A stretch of DNA of 64,000 nt from Mustelus asterias (taxonomy: Eukaryota): contig NW_027590274.1 in NCBI RefSeq assembly GCF_964213995.1, positions 434,001 to 498,000 on the forward strand, given 5' to 3'. Position 1 is the stretch's first letter; each line of letters begins with the position of its first letter. The position numbers were made by a program, and so were the translations under genes. The notes below the pieces were generated by a model. The model was not told the DNA's origin, ran no database searches, and worked only from the letters and a program-made list of their open reading frames with translations. Of this stretch, positions 49,233-61,044 are shown piece by piece.

Positions 49233-49868
49233 CCCCCAATAAGACCCATTGGTTTTATTGTCAGTCTGCAGACAGGAGCTGGAGAACTGAACCCAGACAG
49301 AGGAGAGGGAGGGAGAAAACTGGGAGTGGAGGAAAGAAATGGTGAGATGGATTTGGATTTCAGCCCAGGGAGGAGGGAGAGTGTGTGGGACGGAGATTTA
49401 CAGATTTGGGGGAACAAGAGAGGAAAAAATGTTCCAGACGAACTAGAATTGTCTGTTCAGAGTTTCTATCGTGTTCTGACAGTGATGACTTTTCTAAACT
49501 GTTTTTACAGGATATTGGAAGTGAAAGATTGGCAGACAGAAAATTCAAACCGGACATCACATCTGACAAAGTCATTCAGTTCCTTCGGAGCTGAATATCA
49601 TTGGTCTTTGAATATAGAAAGAGAAATATTTGTCTGTTCTGCCTGTGGGCAAAGAAATTAAACATCAGTGTGACCGGAAAAGCATCGAGACAAACACACA
49701 CCCGAGTGAGAGTGTTCCAGTGAACTGAATGTGGAAAGAGCTTTAACCAGTTACACAGCCTGAAAAAACATCACAGTTCACAGCAGGGTGAAACTACGTG
49801 TATGTTGTGTGTGTGGATGAGGCTTGAACTGATCATCCAACCTGGAGAAACACAAGGACACCCGCACC

Positions 49869-50849
49869 ATGGAGAAACCGTGGAAATGTGTGGATTGTGG
49901 GAAGGGATTCGGTTTCCCATCACAACTGGAAGTTCATCGGCGCAGTCACACTGGGGAGAGACCGTTCACCTGCTCCGTCTGTGGGAAGGGATTCACCCAT
50001 TCATACAACCTTCTGACTCACCAACGGGTTCACACTGGGGAGAGGCCGTTCACCTGCCCTGTGTGTGGGAAGGGATTCACTCGCTCATCCCACATTGTGA
50101 CACACCAACTTGTTCACACTGATGAGAGAATGTTTACATGTTCTGACTGTGAGAAGAGTTTTAAATGCAAAAAGGATCTGCTGACACACCAACGAATTCA
50201 CACTGGGGAGAGACCGTTCACCTGCTCTGTGTGTGGGAAAGGATTCATTCAGTCATCCCACTTGCAGACACATCAACTTGTTCACTCTGATAACAAACTT
50301 TTTAATTGTTCCCACTGTGCGAAGAGCTTTAAAAATAAAAAGGATCTGCTAACGCACCAATATGCTCACACTGGGGAGAGGCCATTCACCTGCTGTGTGT
50401 GTGGGAAGGGATTCAGCCGTCCATCTGCCCTATTGAACCACCAGAGAATTCACACTGGGGAGAGGCCCTTCACCTGCTCAGACTGTGGGAAGGGATTCAC
50501 TCGTTCATCCAACTTATTGAATCACCAGCGAGTTCACACTGGGGAGAGGCCGTTCACCTGCTCTGTGTGTGGGAAGGGATTCAGTCAGTCATCCAACCTG
50601 CTGACACACCAGAAAGTTCACAGTGCGGAGAGGCCACTTACCTGCTCTGTCTGTGGGAAGGGATTTTCTCATTTATCTTATCTTCTGAAACACCAGCGAG
50701 TTCACACTGGGGAGAGGCCGTTCACCTGTAATGTCTGTGGAAAGGGATTTATTCAGTCATCCCACCTGCTAACACACCAGCGAGTTCACAAACGACTGCA
50801 AGGTTTGGATTCTACTCTTAATGATGCTGTTAATCATATCCAGGACTGA
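49869..50849 (+). CDS. C2H2 zinc-finger protein ZNF-8, 11 fingers plus C-terminal tail
   Basis: 326 aa, intact; tail [18 protein letters not shown]; acceptor ends at 49510. Confidence 0.93.
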   Translation: MEKPWKCVDCGKGFGFPSQLEVHRRSHTGERPFTCSVCGKGFTHSYNLLTHQRVHTGERPFTCPVCGKGFTRSSHIVTHQLVHTDERMFTCSDCEKSFKCKKDLLTHQRIHTGERPFTCSVCGKGFIQSSHLQTHQLVHSDNKLFNCSHCAKSFKNKKDLLTHQYAHTGERPFTCCVCGKGFSRPSALLNHQRIHTGERPFTCSDCGKGFTRSSNLLNHQRVHTGERPFTCSVCGKGFSQSSNLLTHQKVHSAERPLTCSVCGKGFSHLSYLLKHQRVHTGERPFTCNVCGKGFIQSSHLLTHQRVHKRLQGLDSTLNDAVNHIQD

Positions 50850-51924
50850 ATCGTGTTCACTCTGACAGTCTTCATCCGTTGAGGTTTAATATTCTGAATA
50901 AATATGAAATAGACCAGCTTTGTTTTTTAAAATTGTTGTAGATTTTTGTCTTTCCCACCTGACTGTTTAACATCACCAGGCTGGAGCTCAGAAAAGACAA
51001 TCGGGGGTGGATCATATGGCAAACAGGACGCAGTCCTTCAGGGTCACAGAGGGACAAACAGCACTTTGCTCTTCCTCGTCTCTCTTCACGACAGCAAAGT
51101 ACCCGTGTGGTTTAATCCTGAGATGTGCAAGAATCTCAGTCACTCCCTTCTATGTTTCAGCGCTCCTAGACCAGGAACAGAAGTTCCTTTACAACTGTGT
51201 TTAGAGTCAGGAAGAACAACAGTGAATGCTGGAAGCATGCTGCTAAATCAGAGATTGGTGCAAAACTGGGATCTGTTCCTGACTGAGAGTGAAATGGCAG
51301 GATTAGATTTCCAGACTGAAAATGCAGAAAAGTCTAAAATATTTTAATGTGTTTGTGTGTCAGTGCCAGTTTATTGAACAGAAACCAGCTCAAAATAAAT
51401 TGGTTAAAGTCTGCATTAAAGTAGCAGCTGGAGAGTTCAAAGGAACCTGTTATCTGCTGGGACAATTAGACAACAATTTGATTCCCACTGAGACCCACAG
51501 TGAATGAGGCTCCCGCGGGCCTCATACAAAAAGTGACGCAGACGTTTCAGGGTCAGAGAAAAAGAGTCGGATCTCAACGAAAATGCGCAGGAAATGAAGG
51601 CCACAATACAGCCCCAGCTGAATAATATTCCCCCACTGAGCTCAGCCATTGTCAGTGTTGTGAAATGTCACATTTGCCATCCTATTATTCCCGGATCAAA
51701 TCCAACCATTCTCCGATCCCATCCGCACAAAATCTGCAGATTACCCCGGGTGAATAACTTCCTTAATCTGTACTTAGAAAAATTCTGGATTCGGTGCCTA
51801 TCTGCCCGGCGACACATTTTAAAAGTGATCTATTATCAAATGCAGCCTCAGAATTGTTCCATTTTCAAGTCCGTGGAGCAGAAATAATAACTGATTGAAA
51901 TCAGAGCTTTTCTATTTGGGGAAT

Positions 51925-52378
51925 AGAGGGGTACAGTGAAGATTTACTATGCTGATTCCTGGGATGGCAGCTCTGTCATATGAGGAGAGATTAAATCCGT
52001 TAGGATTATATTCACTGCGGTTTCGAATAGTGAGAGGGGGTCTCATAGAAACTTATAAAATTCTAACAGGGTTCGACAGGGTAGATCCAGAAGACTGTTC
52101 CCAATGGTGGAATCCAGAACCATGGGTCATCTTTTGAAGATAAGGGAAAAACTGAGGTGAAGGGAAATTCCTTCATCCAGAGAGTGTTGAATGTATGGAA
52201 TTCAATACCACCGAATGTAGTTGAGGCCAAAACGTTGTCTGATTTCAAGAAGAAATTTGATATAGCTCTTGGGGCTAAAGGGGTCGAGGGGGAAGGAGGA
52301 TCAGGATATTGAATTCCATGATCAGCTATGATTACGATGAATGGCGGAGAAGGCTCCTGCTTCTAGTTTCTATGTTAT
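51925..52378 (+). mobile_element. CR1 3' end
   Basis: IPGMAALSYEERL..LGLYSL..GLIETYKIL followed by 3' UTR. Confidence 0.85.
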
Positions 52379-52504
52379 GAGTCCGTGAAATATTTCCTGG
52401 TGCAGAGTTGAGTGACTACTTATCCCCGGTATACTTACAGCACTAACTATTAATTATGTTGAGTCCTGGATGCTACTCATTAATCCCTGTACGTTAGGCT
52501 GCTG

Positions 52505-52806
52505 AATCATTGAATCCCGACAATGCAGGATGGAGCCTGTCCCGACAACAATCCCACCCAGGCCCTATCCCCGTAACCCACATATTTACCCTGCTATCCC
52601 CTGACACTTAGGGTAATTTTGCGTGGCCAATCCAGCAAACCTGCACAGTTTAGGAATGTGGAGGGAAACTGGAGCACCTGAGGAAACCCACGCAGACACG
52701 GTGAGAAAGTGCAAACTCCACAGAGACAGTGACCCGAGGCTGGAATCGAACCCGTGTCCCTGGGGCTGTGAGGCAACAATGCGAACCACTGCGCCACCGT
52801 GTCACC
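52505..52806 (-). mobile_element. V-SINE
   Basis: Head, core and tail motifs present. Confidence 0.85.
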
Positions 52807-53033
52807 CATAAATGATTAAATTAGAAAAAAGGATCTGCCTTAAGAAAGATTGATGGACTGAGTTCTGAGGAAAGCGAGTTAACCAGTTAATGAGACAGAA
52901 TAAGTGATGATGTGGGAGAGAGCAGAGAGAGAGCAAAGACTTTAGAAATAAGTTTACGGCCAGGGAAGGAATGTGATTGGAAAGTGCCAGCTATATTAAA
53001 TCATTAACTAACAGTGATTGGTTCACTGGTTAC

Positions 53034-53356
53034 GGGGCGGCATGATGCCACAATGGTCAGCGCTGCTGTCTCACAGTGTCAGGGACCCGGGTTCAATTCC
53101 GGCTTCGGATCACTTTCTGTCTGAGTTTGCATGTTCTCCCAGTGTCTACGTGGGTCCCCTTCGGGTTCTCCTGTTTCCTCCCACAGTCCAAAGATGTGCA
53201 GGTTAGGTTGATTGGCCATGCTAAATTGACCCGAGCGTCAGGGGATACGCAGGGTAAATACATGGAGTTGCGGGAGTGGAGCCTGGGTGGTATTGTGACC
53301 GGTATAGACTCGATGGGGCGAATGGCCTCCTTCTGCACTGCAGGGATTTTATGATT
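53034..53356 (+). mobile_element. V-SINE
   Basis: Head, core and tail motifs present. Confidence 0.85.
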
Positions 53357-53359
53357 CGC

Positions 53360-53523
53360 AGCTGACGTCAGCTCAGGGAGATGAGCCAATCGCAGCACTG
53401 AGAAACGCCTCCCTGTTTCTGAATACTTGAAGCTGCCTCTGATCTGAGTTCACTCTGTGATATAAGACTAGAGGCAGCAACTTATTGTAAACATTGTCGC
53501 TGCTTACTGTCCAATCAGGAACC
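53360..53523 (+). promoter_or_regulatory. TCR V-segment promoter
   Basis: 14-bp palindrome AGCTGACGTCAGCT (CRE at 53363-53370), CCAAT at 53386, TATA-like GATATAAG near 53459. Confidence 0.7.
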
Positions 53524-53569
53524 ATGTATCTCCTGTGTGCTTTACTGATAACAATGACCACGCTGCCCG
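53524..53569 (+). CDS. TCR V leader exon
   Basis: ACCATG, MYLLCALLITMTTLP, phase-1 donor GTGAGT at 53570; 85-nt intron. Confidence 0.9.
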
Positions 53570-53654
53570 GTGAGTCTGAGCTCAGATCCTCAGTGTGTGT
53601 TTCATGGGTTATATTTGTTCACAGATTTCTCACACATTCTACATTTTGTTGCAG

Positions 53655-53961
53655 GAATCAATGGCCAAGATTCAGTTTCCCAGGACCCGGCTGAATTAAC
53701 GGTTCAGGAAGGATTGAACGTAATAGTGAATTGTAATTACACAACAACGGATGCTTTTCCAAATCTCTTCTGGTACATCCAGTATCCCGGGGAAGCTCCG
53801 AGATATTTACTGCAGAAATATAGCACGGGGGGCGGAGAAAAGTCTCCAGATTTCCCTGACCGGTTTTCTGCTGATTTGGACAAGGACAAGAAAACAGTTC
53901 CTTTAAATATCACTGGGGTCCATGTCTCTGACTCTGCCGTATATCACTGTGCGCTGAGCCC
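53655..53961 (+). CDS. T-cell receptor alpha/delta-type V exon (germline segment)
   Basis: TTGCAG acceptor; DSVSQ...VNCNY...LFWYIQYPGEAP...RFSA...VPLNI...DSAVYHCALSP; both Cys and Trp of the V fold; in frame with the leader. Confidence 0.92.
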
Positions 53962-54000
53962 CACACTGCTACAGAGGCGCAGTGAGCCCGTACAAAAACC
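53962..54000 (+). other. 23-RSS recombination signal
   Basis: CACACTG 53962-53968, 23-nt spacer, consensus nonamer ACAAAAACC 53992-54000. Confidence 0.95.
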
Positions 54001-54197
54001 TGCAAAGGCACTCTCACCTCCTCTCACTGAATCAGATCTGTGACCTGGATTGTGAACTGTTAATACAAACAGAACAATTGTATAACGAAGAGTTAGTCCG
54101 AATGTTCTCATTCCATGGTGCTGAATGTGCCATTCTTGTTTAAACACTCTGCAATGCTGAGACTGGGAGAAGTGAACAACAGGGGGCAGCATTGCAG

Positions 54198-55292
54198 CTT
54201 CCATTTTACTATTATTCCTTCCAAAGTGGATAAGCTCACACTTACCAACGCTATACTCCATCTGCCAGATCCTCGCCCACTCACTTAGCCTATCCAAATC
54301 TCTCTGCAGACTTACCGCATCCTCCACGCAATTCACTTTCCCACTCATCTTTGTGTCATCCGCAAACTTTGTTACCCAACACTCGGTCCCCTCCTCCAGA
54401 TCGTCTATGCATATGGTAAATACTTGAGGCCCCAGCACCAATCCCTGTGGCACGCCACTAGTCACCAACTGCCAACCAGAAAAGCACCCATTTATTCCAA
54501 CTCTCTGCTTCCTGTTAGATAGCCAATCCCCAATCCACGCTAACACTTTACCCCTAACTCCGTGCACCCTGATTTTCTGCAGCAACCTTTTGTGAGGCAC
54601 CTTATCGAACGCCTTCTGGAAATCCAAAAACACCACATCCACTGGTTCCCCTCTGTCAACCGCACTCGTTACATCAACATAAAAATCCAGTAAATTTGTC
54701 AAACACGACTTTCCCTTCATGAATCCATGCTGCGTCTGCTTGATCAAACCATTTTTTTCCAGGTGTCCTGCTATTTCTTCCTTAATGATGAATTCCAGCA
54801 ATTTCCCAACTACGGACGTTAAGCTAACCGGCCTGTAGTTACCCGCCTTTTGTCTACCTCCTTTTTTAAACAGTGGCGTCACATTAGCTGTTTTCCAATC
54901 AGCCGGCACTTCCCCAGAGTCCAGCGTATTTTGATAAATTACAACCAACGCATCCTCTATTACTTCTGCCATTTCTTTCAGTCCCCTGGGATGCATTCCA
55001 TCCGGGCCCGGGGACTTGTCTACCTTTAGTCCCATTAGCCTCCCAAGCACTACCTCTTTAGTAATAGTAATCATTTTAAGGACCTCATCCCCTACAGTCC
55101 CATGACCGTCAATTTTCGGTAAGCTATTTGTGTCCTCTACCGTGAAGACTGATACAAAAAACTTGTTTAAGGCCTCAGCCATTTCCTCGTTTCCCATTAT
55201 TAAATCCCCCTTCTCATCTACTAAGGGTCCAACATTTACTTTAGCTACTCTTTTCCTTTTTATATATTTGTAAAAACTTTTACTATCTCTCT
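54198..55292 (-). mobile_element. Young CR1 RT fragment, open for about 365 codons, truncated at both ends
   Basis: KSPGPDG, NYRPVSLTS, QHGF, DFQKAFDKV, GVPQG, FADD. Confidence 0.95.
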
Positions 55293-55294
55293 GT

Positions 55295-55490
55295 CCCTCC
55301 CCCCCCCCCCCTGGGCTTTGCCCCCCCCCCTGGGCTTTGCCCCCCCCCCCCCCGGGCTTTGCCCCCCCCCCCGGGCTTTGCCCCCCCCCGGGCTTTGCCC
55401 CCCCCCCCCGGGCTTTGCCCCCCCCGGGCTTTGCCCCCCCCGGGCATTGCCCCCCCCCGAGCATTGCCCCCCCCCGAGCATTGCCCCCCC
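55295..55490. repeat. GGGCTTTG/GAGCATTG-(C)n tandem repeat with G-quadruplex potential on the minus strand
   Basis: About 10 units separated by long C runs, adjoining a SINE remnant. Confidence 0.9.
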
Positions 55491-55559
55491 AACCCACACA
55501 TCCTGGGACACTAAGTGGCAATTGAGCATGGCCAATCAACCTAACCTGTACATCTTATA

Positions 55560-55718
55560 AACAGTAAGAAGTCTCACAATACCAGGTTAAAGTCCAACAG
55601 GTTTATTTGATCGCACGAGCTTTCGGAGCACTGCTCCTTCATCAGGTGAATGGCCACTCACCTGATGAACCTGGTGTTGTGTGCCCACCCCAGTCCAACG
55701 CCGACATCTCCACGTCAT
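55560..55718. mobile_element. Penelope pLTR with inversion
   Basis: Same family as the 22426, 28779 and 30720 copies. Confidence 0.75.
55614..55648 (-). ncRNA. Minimal hammerhead ribozyme
   Basis: Reverse strand CAC-CTGATGA-A-GGAGC agt GCTCC-GAAA-GC-TC-GTG. Confidence 0.7.
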
Positions 55719-56454
55719 CTTATGGACTGCAGATTGATTCTCTGGAGAATCCTGTTCTTTCTCTCTATCAACATTCCTCTGCAAGTTTTATTTCCTTCAA
55801 GTACCCATCCAATTTCATTTTGAAATGATTGAATCTTCTGTTCCACCATCCTCATAGGCAGCGAGTTCTAGATCATGTGCTCTCCCTACCTAAATATAAA
55901 TCTTCCTCAAATCCCTGCTCTACCACTACTCAAGTAATGTCCTGTATGTTACACTTTTATCCAGTATTATAGACATCTGTCTGGCAGCCTGCATGGAGAT
56001 TTTCAGCTCCCTGTGTCCAGGACAGGAAGCCGTGAGCATGGATCTGTCAATCAGCCTCAATCAGCACCTTCAGGAGAATTGGGAGGGTGAATATTAGATA
56101 CAGCAGAGTGAGAATTGAGGGAGAGTGTGTGGGATGGAGATTTACTGCGTTTGGGGAATGAGAGAGGAAAGAATGTTCCATAGAAACTAGAATTGTCTGT
56201 TCTGAATTTCTGTCCTGTACTGACACTGATGAATTTTGTAATCTCCTTTTGCAGGATATCAGAAGGTGGGGATTTACAGACAGAAATCTCGAATCAAACG
56301 TCACATCAACATCTGACAGACATTTGATTGATTGGGACCCGAATATCATTGGCCTTTCAATCTTGAAGGAGAAATCTTTTAATGTTCTGTCTGCGTCAGA
56401 ATTTTTTATAACATAAATGTGACTGGAAATACACCAAGACACAGACACACCTGA

Positions 56455-56562
<108 letters not shown>

Positions 56563-56576
56563 TGAGATTTAATTGA

Positions 56577-57035
<459 letters not shown>

Positions 57036-57889
57036 TGACAGGGGTTGGATTCTGTTTTATTGCTGCTGTTAATCACATCCAGGACTGAACCATGTTCATT
57101 CTGACAGTTGGTGAAGTGGGAGGGTCGGAGGGTTTCTTTCTGCTGGACTGGCCGGTCTCACGACTTTGCTTCTAGTTCGCTGATGCTCTTTGAGCCTGGG
57201 AGAGCACATTGCCACTGAAATGATCCACAAAAGCTGATGAAGGACATTTATTTTATCCTGGATAGTAAATAGTGTTTTTCCTACCACTACAGGTAGATTT
57301 AAAATAAATACAGAAAGGACTGGAAAAACACAACACGTCTTGCAGCATCTGTGGAGAGAGAAACAGTGTTAATGTTTCACACTACTGGATTGGGAATCAA
57401 TCTTGTAAACCTCCTCTGAACTGCTTCCAATGTATTTATATCCTTTGTTTAATAGGAGACAAAATTGTACCCTGTGTTCAAGGTGCAATCTCAGCAACGC
57501 CCTGCACAACTGAAGCATAACATCTTTACTTCTATGTTCAATTTCTCTCAGAATAAAGGATAGCATTCCATTTATAAGAACTTTGATTTGTTTGAACTAA
57601 GATTTATGAGGGTTCTCTTGTTTACAATAACCTCCCCAATCGTAAATCACACCAGGTTCCAGTGACTTAATCATATGGCAAGAAAGAACACTTTAAATGG
57701 TGAATTCAGAAAGTTTATTAACCATTAAAAATGTAACGAGTCAGAAAGATAAAAAAGCAAAGTATCGATCAACAGCAAAAGGAGGAGAGCTTAACTTCAA
57801 CTTCTCCATCCTTCTCAAACCAGGACATGAAGTGATGGCTCTGAAAACGTGGATAACTTGTAAAACCAGCAGCTCTCAACGTCTCTCTG

Positions 57890-58180
57890 TAGGGCACAGT
57901 GTGAGGCACTGCTGCCTCACAGCAGAGGGTTCGAGTCCCGGCTTGGGTCACTGGCTGTGCGGAGTTCGCCCATTCTCCCCGTGTCTGTGCAGGTTTCCTC
58001 TGGGTGCTCCGGTTTCCTCCCACAGTCCGAAAGACGTGCTGGTTGGGTACATTGGCCATGCTAAATTCTTCCTCAGTTTACCCAAACAGGCACCAGAGTG
58101 TGGCGACTGGGGGATTATCAGAGTAACTTCATTGCAATGTTAATGTAAGTCTATGTGTGACACTAATAAACAAACTATAA
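57890..58180 (+). mobile_element. V-SINE with alternative tail
   Basis: Inverted paralog of 6820-7083. Confidence 0.8.
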
Positions 58181-58839
58181 AAAAAGTTAACTTTTAAAAA
58201 CTTCTACCAGATTGGTTTCTCGAATCCCCTTTTTTATACTTTCAAAATGTAGAAAGCCATCCTCAGCTAATTGTTAGGAATTAGCCAATTGGTCTATAAC
58301 TTGTCAATAATGAAATTGATTTGGTTTTTAGCTAATTGCACATATTGTCTTAATTTTAAGACATACCTTTCTCTCAAACGATATCTCTTAGCTTGGGGTA
58401 GCCCAAGTGTTGACCGATAATTGGTTCACATCAGTCATTCAATGTTGAGACATCTTGAACAGGAGCCGATTCATTCCCTCCAGTCAAGGTTAACAAGTCC
58501 TTTCATCTTTCTTTATTCTGTCAGCATGGGAAGGGAACATCTTATAATTCCCACAGCATTTTAACCATTCTTAAAGTGTTTATAATTCTAAAAGCTATAA
58601 ACCTGTGTTCAAATTTATATTTCCAGCCTTTATAACATATGTATTAATGAATCATTTATTATTTAATTGTCTCACAATTAATGCTGTCTATTTAACTAAT
58701 CTGGCTGCTTTCCAATTGTGGGAACTTCAGGCCACAAAAAAGGTAGTTAGAGTCGTAGAGGTTTACAGCATGGAAACAGGCCTTTCGGCCCAACTTGTCC
58801 ATGCTGCCCAGTTTTTACCACTAAGCTAGTCCTAATTGC

Positions 58840-59000
58840 CCTGGAATATTACTCATGATCTGTGCTTCCAAGCATTTTGAATGTGCATCTACAACAAGCA
58901 AAAACATGTGATTCATGAAAGGCCCCCCAAAGTCCACATGTAGTCTGGACCACGGCCTATCAGGCCACTCCCGAGGATGAAGTGGTAATGTACCCAGTGT
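58840..59000 (-). mobile_element. Gypsy integrase fragment
   Basis: HPREWPDRPWSRLHVDFGGPF...VDAHSK. Confidence 0.85.
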
Positions 59001-59613
59001 GTTGTGGGGAATGAACTCAGAAGAATCATTCAACACTCAAACCTGATTCAATCGACAAACAGTTTATTGAGTTACGCCAGCGGGGAGAAGCCACAGGGGC
59101 TGACCATGTGCAACTCCACCCAACAAAGAATATCATCAATTCTTATCCAGTTACTCAGCCCATCCCGGCTGGACACAATCCAATCAGAATGGTGATAGAT
59201 TACATACATTATAGGTTCAATAAAATTAGTATCTGGGCATTATGGGGCTTTGTGATCATCTCATGGACAGATAGGTGCCCCCATCATGATGTTTTCCAGA
59301 CCCCCTCGTCTACCATCCTTGGGGTTTTCTTTGTACATAGACTCAGTTTGAAAAGGGGTGGATTAAAAATTCTCAAATGGATGTCAGCACCCTTCCTTTG
59401 TTTCAATCTAATGACCACACGGTCTGGGAACATTTCTATTTAATAATCTCTCCTTTTAAACTCTGTTCTTCAGTATCCAATTCCAGAATTTTCCTTTTCA
59501 TTGTGTTAATTGTGTCAGGATTAAATCTTTGGACCTGACAGGAAGTTTAACCCAAGATCAATCCAACACAGGATTGGTCAGAATCGTTTCATATGTACCA
59601 AATTTTAAATAAC

Positions 59614-60190
59614 TGAAGGGGGCGACCTTTATGCTTAATATCATGGATATTTTTACGTGTGTATATCAAATTTATTTTAAAATATTGTCAACAGTTCACA
59701 GCAATGCGATGACTCATGGAGAGGCTCCTTGCACCCCCTAATCACTTCAGACAGCCTTAATCACTTTAGACTCCAAGCAGGGAAACACAGACAATAGCTC
59801 AACTGATTAGATTATGCAAGAAGCTCAAATCACAAAGGGAGCCCTCCAGAAACAGATCAGCCCAGGGGAAATGGGATCAGCTCCACCTATCTATAATGGC
59901 TGTTTTAATATCTCGCTATTGTGCCACTGCTTTGTGTTATGAGCTGGTACTGATCATGTAACTTGTCGTAAATGTTGAACCTATTACCATATGTTTGGCA
60001 TGAAGTTCAAAACCCTATAAACTGTAAAGCGCATAATGGCCAGGCAGAGCAGTTGACGAGCAGCTGTCTCTCCCCAGGCCTGCGGTTTTGTTATTTTAAA
60101 CAGAGAATAAAATTTGTGTTGCCTTTTTGTACTGTACTCATGTCTGCTTGTCTTTCATGCTGGTAGGAAGTGAGAAAACTTCCCCTTACA
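59614..60190 (+). mobile_element. Solo LTR (577 bp) with 5-bp target-site duplication
   Basis: TGAAGGGG...CCCCTTACA; TSD ATAAC at 59609-59613 and 60191-60195; TATAAA and AATAAA inside; empty site in the paralog at 25077-25081. Confidence 0.9.
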
Positions 60191-61044
60191 ATAACCATGA
60201 CAAATTAAAACTCTCAATTTCATGAGTGAGTTTTATCTGGATTAAAATTCCCACACGTTTAGTAAAATATCCTGGAATCCTGTCTCTGGACAGTAAATAT
60301 GGCTCCAGGTTCATAACTTTTGAAAAAAAAAGCTTTATTCATTACACTTCCATTTTAAAAATCTGTTTGATTTAAATCACAGACAAAAAACCTCAAAGCT
60401 TAAAGCGTTCAACCCACAAATATCATCCACACACCAACAGAGAAACTTAGCATGTGCTTTACAATAATAACCAAAATTAATTACTTAAGCATTCTTCTGA
60501 TTCTGTTTTTAAACTCCCAAAAATGCCTTTAATTAAAGACTCAAGGTAAGGTTAATTCCCCAGAAAGATAAACCTTAACAAATGTAGCCCAAAACAATGA
60601 TAAAACACATCTACAAACATCCACACAAAAACAAACAAAACACACAGATTCTCACAGCTTGTAAATTTCAAACAATGAATCCTCAGCATTCTCTCTCGCA
60701 GCTATAACTTCTTAAAGCGACAGAGCACTACAAGCTCACAACTCCTTGATTAAAATAAGATGCAAGATCCTTCATTGTAACTTAACCCTTTTTAAGCCAA
60801 CTTCCAAGGCCTGATTTTATCAGCAACATCTAATCTTTGTTAATTTAAAATCCCAAACACGTTACCACCTGCAAACTCTTTGTTCTTTATCTGGTGTTGA
60901 GGTGACAACAAAATAAAATTCTCAGTTATTCCAAATTCCTCCAGGGTATGCTTAAAATTTCCACATTTAACTGGCTCCAATAAATCCACAATTATAAACT
61001 AAAATAGACACGAGTTTCTGGGTGATTTAAAAACAAGTTAAAAA

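Noticed and set aside
53944-55539. 531-aa Gly-rich RT ORF
   Set aside because: Chimeric read-through of a SINE remnant, a G-run repeat and a CR1 fragment
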